Source: Betaproteobacteria bacterium
Lineage (GTDB): Bacteria > Pseudomonadota > Gammaproteobacteria > Burkholderiales > SG8-41
Length of the DNA: 49,154 nt
NCBI GenBank assembly: GCA_052386775.1
Contig: JBQTJV010000002.1
Location: 1-49,154 of the forward strand
Direction: 5' to 3'
Part shown: positions 46,218 to 49,154 of the stretch, in pieces
Numbering within the stretch: position 1 is the first letter of the stretch
Layout: each line of letters begins with the position of its first letter
Program-made: the position numbers and the translations under genes
The notes under the pieces: generated by a model
What the model was told of the DNA's origin: nothing
The model's database searches: none
The model's input: only the letters and a program-made list of their open reading frames with translations

Positions 46218-47609
46218 ATGGCTGCTTGCGCGCGATGGTTCGGGAAGGTGCTGCTCCTCGCGGTGGGGCTCTGCGCGGCGGCCGGCGCCGTGGCGCAGGA
46301 GCAGCCGCGCCTCGTTTATGTGGCAGCGATCGAAGGCATCATCGATCTCGGCCTGGCGCCGTACGTGCAGCGAGTTCTTGACGAAGCGGCCGCCACCGGC
46401 GCGTCCGCCGTGGTGCTGGAGGTCAACACGTTCGGCGGACGGGTGGACGCCGCGGTGCAAATCCGCGACGCACTGCTCGGTGCGAAGGTGCCGACCATCG
46501 CCTATGTGAACCGGCGCGCCATCTCGGCAGGAGCGCTGATCTCGCTCGCCGCGCAGCATCTGGTGATGGCGGAGGGCGCCACCAGCGGCGCGGCGACGCC
46601 GGTGCAGGTCGCAGGGGCGGATGGCGGCGCGCAGCCGGTCTCGGAGAAGACCGTGTCCTACGTCAGGAAGGAGTTCCGCGCTACCGCGGAGAGCCGCAAG
46701 CGCCCGCCGCTCATCGCCGAGGCGATGGTCGATCCCGACATCGCGATTCGCGGTGTGATCGAGAAAGGCAAGCTCCTTACGCTCACCACCGACGAGGCGC
46801 TGAAGCACAAGGTGGCGGAGTTCCGTGCCGAGAGCATCGAGGCGGCGCTGGAGCGCGTGGGAATCAAGGGCGCGGAGCTGCGGCGGGTATCGCTCAACTG
46901 GGCGGAGCAGGTGGTGCGTTTCCTGACGCACCCTATATTGAGCTCGCTGCTCGTCACCATCGGCATGCTCGGCATCATCATCGAGCTGCGCAGCCCCGGT
47001 TTCGGCGTCGCCGGGGCCATCGGCATGGGAAGTCTCGCTGCGTTCTTCTGGGGCCATTGGCTGGTGCAGCTCGCCGGCTGGGGTGAACTGCTGCTCGCGC
47101 TGAGCGGGGTTGCGCTGCTGCTTCTCGAATTTCTGGTCATTCCCGGGTTCGGCTTTGCAGGTATCCTCGGCATCGTCGCACTGCTCGCCGCCCTCGTGAT
47201 GAGCGTTCTAGGGTCCGGAGCGACGCCGGAATTTTTCATGCTTGCGGCAGGCCGGATGCTTTTTTCGCTGCTCGTCGCCTTGATCGCGAGCTTCTTTCTG
47301 CTGCGCTTCATGCGGCGCACGCCGTTCGGGCGGCTGCTGATTCTCGATACGGAGCTCGGTGCGGGACATGAATACGGCTCGGCGCCCGAGGCTGACATGC
47401 GCTGGCTGGGCAAACGCGGGTACACGACCTCACCGCTCCGTCCGGCGGGGATCGCCGACATCGGAGGAACACGCGTGGACGTGGTGTCCGAGGGCGAGTT
47501 GATCGTGCCGGACACGCCGGTCGAGGTCATTCGCGTGGACGGCAACCGCATCGTCGTGCGGCAAGTAACGAACATCAACCAGGAGGGGCACACACGTGAC
47601 GGGACTTGA
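46218..47609 (+). CDS. nfeD: Long-form NfeD membrane-bound serine protease (ClpP-like domain + TM + OB fold)
   Basis: [18 protein letters not shown] (Ser), SEK (Lys), TM region, and C-terminal [15 protein letters not shown] domain. Confidence 0.92.
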   Translation: MAACARWFGKVLLLAVGLCAAAGAVAQEQPRLVYVAAIEGIIDLGLAPYVQRVLDEAAATGASAVVLEVNTFGGRVDAAVQIRDALLGAKVPTIAYVNRRAISAGALISLAAQHLVMAEGATSGAATPVQVAGADGGAQPVSEKTVSYVRKEFRATAESRKRPPLIAEAMVDPDIAIRGVIEKGKLLTLTTDEALKHKVAEFRAESIEAALERVGIKGAELRRVSLNWAEQVVRFLTHPILSSLLVTIGMLGIIIELRSPGFGVAGAIGMGSLAAFFWGHWLVQLAGWGELLLALSGVALLLLEFLVIPGFGFAGILGIVALLAALVMSVLGSGATPEFFMLAAGRMLFSLLVALIASFFLLRFMRRTPFGRLLILDTELGAGHEYGSAPEADMRWLGKRGYTTSPLRPAGIADIGGTRVDVVSEGELIVPDTPVEVIRVDGNRIVVRQVTNINQEGHTRDGT

Positions 47610-48576
47610 AACTGGATTTACCGGGATATTGGGCATTCTGATCGTTGTCGGCATCGCGATTTTTCTGTTGCTGTACTTGGTGCCTATTCCACTGTGGATT
47701 GCGGCCTGGGCCTCGGGCGCATACGTGGGCTTGTTCACTTTGGTAGGGATGCGGTTGCGCCGCATTCCGCCGAATACAGTGATCACCGCGCGCATCAGTG
47801 CGGTCAAGGCGGGGCTCGATCTCTCGGTCAACGACCTCGAGGCGCACTACCTCGCGGGCGGTAACGTGGTGCGTGTAGTCAACGCGATGATTTCCGCCGA
47901 CAAGGCGAATATCCCTCTGCCGTTCAAACGCGCCGCAGCCATCGACCTCGCCGGGCGCAACGTGCTCGAAGCGGTGCAGATGTCGGTGCTGCCCAAGGTG
48001 ATCGAGACGCCGAAGATCGCCGCGGTCGCCAAGGATGGCATCCAGTTGATCGTCGTCTCGCGCGTTACGGTGCGCACCAATATCGACCGCTTGGTGGGCG
48101 GCGCAGGGGAGGAGACCATCATCGCGCGCGTGGGCGAAGGTATGGTGAGTACCATCGGCTCGGCCGTCAACCACAAGAGCGTGCTCGAGAACCCGGACCA
48201 TATCTCGAAGCACATCCTCTCCAAGGGCCTGGATGCGGGCACCGCCTACGAGATCCTCTCGATCGACATCGCCGACGTGGACGTCGGCGAGAACATCGGT
48301 GCAAAGCTGCAGATCGACCAGGCCAATGCCGACAAGCAGATCGCCCAGGCGAAGGCCGAGGAGCGCCGCGCGATGGCGGTGGCGCTGGAGCAGGAGATGC
48401 GTGCGCGCGTTGTGGAATCCGAAGCCGAGGTGCCGCGCGCCATGGCCGAAGCCTTCCGCCAGGGCAATCTTGGCATCATGGACTACTACCGCATGAAGAA
48501 CCTGCAGGCCGATACCGACATGCGCGGCGTCATTGCTGGTACCGGGAACGACGCCGCCGGTTCGCCGAAGATGTAG
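47596..48576 (+). CDS. floA: Flotillin-like protein FloA (YqfA/UPF0365)
   Basis: [53 protein letters not shown] and GIMDYY; RBS AGGAGG. Confidence 0.93.
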   Translation: MTGLETGFTGILGILIVVGIAIFLLLYLVPIPLWIAAWASGAYVGLFTLVGMRLRRIPPNTVITARISAVKAGLDLSVNDLEAHYLAGGNVVRVVNAMISADKANIPLPFKRAAAIDLAGRNVLEAVQMSVLPKVIETPKIAAVAKDGIQLIVVSRVTVRTNIDRLVGGAGEETIIARVGEGMVSTIGSAVNHKSVLENPDHISKHILSKGLDAGTAYEILSIDIADVDVGENIGAKLQIDQANADKQIAQAKAEERRAMAVALEQEMRARVVESEAEVPRAMAEAFRQGNLGIMDYYRMKNLQADTDMRGVIAGTGNDAAGSPKM

Positions 48577-48582
48577 ACCGCC

Positions 48583-48999
48583 GTGAGCAAGAACGAACTT
48601 TTCCTCTATGGTCTTTTCTTCGTCGGCTTCCTGCTGTTCAACTATTTCATGCAGCAGGTAGCGAAACGCGCGCGGGAACGGCAGGAGCAGGCGCAGCAGC
48701 CGGAAGCGGCACCGGTACCGGAAGATGAGGCGCTGGAACCGTTATGGGGGCGCGTTCCACAGGACGCTTTTCCGCAGCCGGCTGCGCGTGTCGAGCCGGC
48801 CCGCCGCGTAGAGACCGTTGCCGCGCAGCCCGCGCCTTCACCACGATACCTCGGGCCCAAAGCACTGTTCGGCTCCCGGCAGGCGCTGCGCCATGCCGTC
48901 ATCGTCATGACGGTACTCGGGCCATGCCGGGCGCTTCAGCCGCACGACCAGCATGAAGGCGGGCCCGCCCCGGGCGGCGCCGCCCAGAACCTGTCCTGA
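48583..48999 (+). CDS. YqfB-like hypothetical protein (N-terminal TM, Pro-rich linker)
   Basis: Third gene of the nfeD-floA operon; C-terminal LRHAVIVMTVLGPCRA resembles the LRQA..EILG.P motif typical of this position. Confidence 0.65.
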   Translation: MSKNELFLYGLFFVGFLLFNYFMQQVAKRARERQEQAQQPEAAPVPEDEALEPLWGRVPQDAFPQPAARVEPARRVETVAAQPAPSPRYLGPKALFGSRQALRHAVIVMTVLGPCRALQPHDQHEGGPAPGGAAQNLS

Positions 49000-49154
49000 C
49001 GATTGGCGCCCCCCGGGCGGCGTTACAGAGGTTCTAGCCAGCTCCTTCAAAGAAGCTGAGTGTCAGGCGGCATTCAAGTATGCGGAGAAGACGCAGCCAT
49101 CGTTCCGGTTGGGAACTGACGCACCTTCGACAAAAAGGCTACACTGATACGCGA

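Noticed and set aside
8740-46586. Isolated odd substitutions in conserved motifs (PDR at 8740, YSAD/DGS at 35210-24, ATSGAA at 46584)
   Set aside because: Each is one transversion from the consensus codon. They could be consensus errors in a low-coverage assembly and are not interpretable without reads.
49000-49154. Lower-GC tail at the window end as a mobile-element boundary
   Set aside because: Too short and truncated, with no terminal repeat, tRNA or recognisable ORF.
1-49154. CRISPR array, tRNA/rRNA, integrase/transposase, integron attC array
   Set aside because: No regularly spaced repeats, cloverleaf/rRNA signatures or recombinase motifs were seen by eye.

Overview
GC-rich bacterial DNA whose gene content points to a Betaproteobacterium (Burkholderiales-like; inference). 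It is a dense catabolic/accessory region with about 52 CDS. These include 12 Bug/TctC solute-binding proteins with no TctA/TctB partner, dehydrogenases, two aconitase/LeuC-type large subunits plus one small subunit, VOC, CMD, GST, FRG and ATP-grasp proteins, a Phd/YefM-PIN toxin-antitoxin pair and an NfeD-FloA-YqfB-like operon. I saw no rRNA, tRNA, CRISPR array, integrase or transposase. The main signals not explained by the ORF track are four. (1) The divergent CMD/TauE gene pair and its neighbours (about 40.9-45.9 kb) are nested between decayed, frameshifted 3' remnants of a CMD paralogue (left) and a TauE paralogue (right), with a decayed addiction-antidote fragment at the left junction. 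(2) An identical TGTCGA-N17-CGACCAGGG element, an ECF42-type promoter, lies upstream of both DGPF/YciI genes 24 kb apart; one of them heads a YciI / BNR-propeller / ubiquitin-like (MoaD-fold) operon. (3) Several enzyme folds have remodelled active sites (LeuC/LeuD-like, a racemase fold lacking its catalytic Cys, PAL-like). (4) An FRG-domain gene is embedded in a catabolic operon. Family calls come from motif recognition by eye; no database searches were run.
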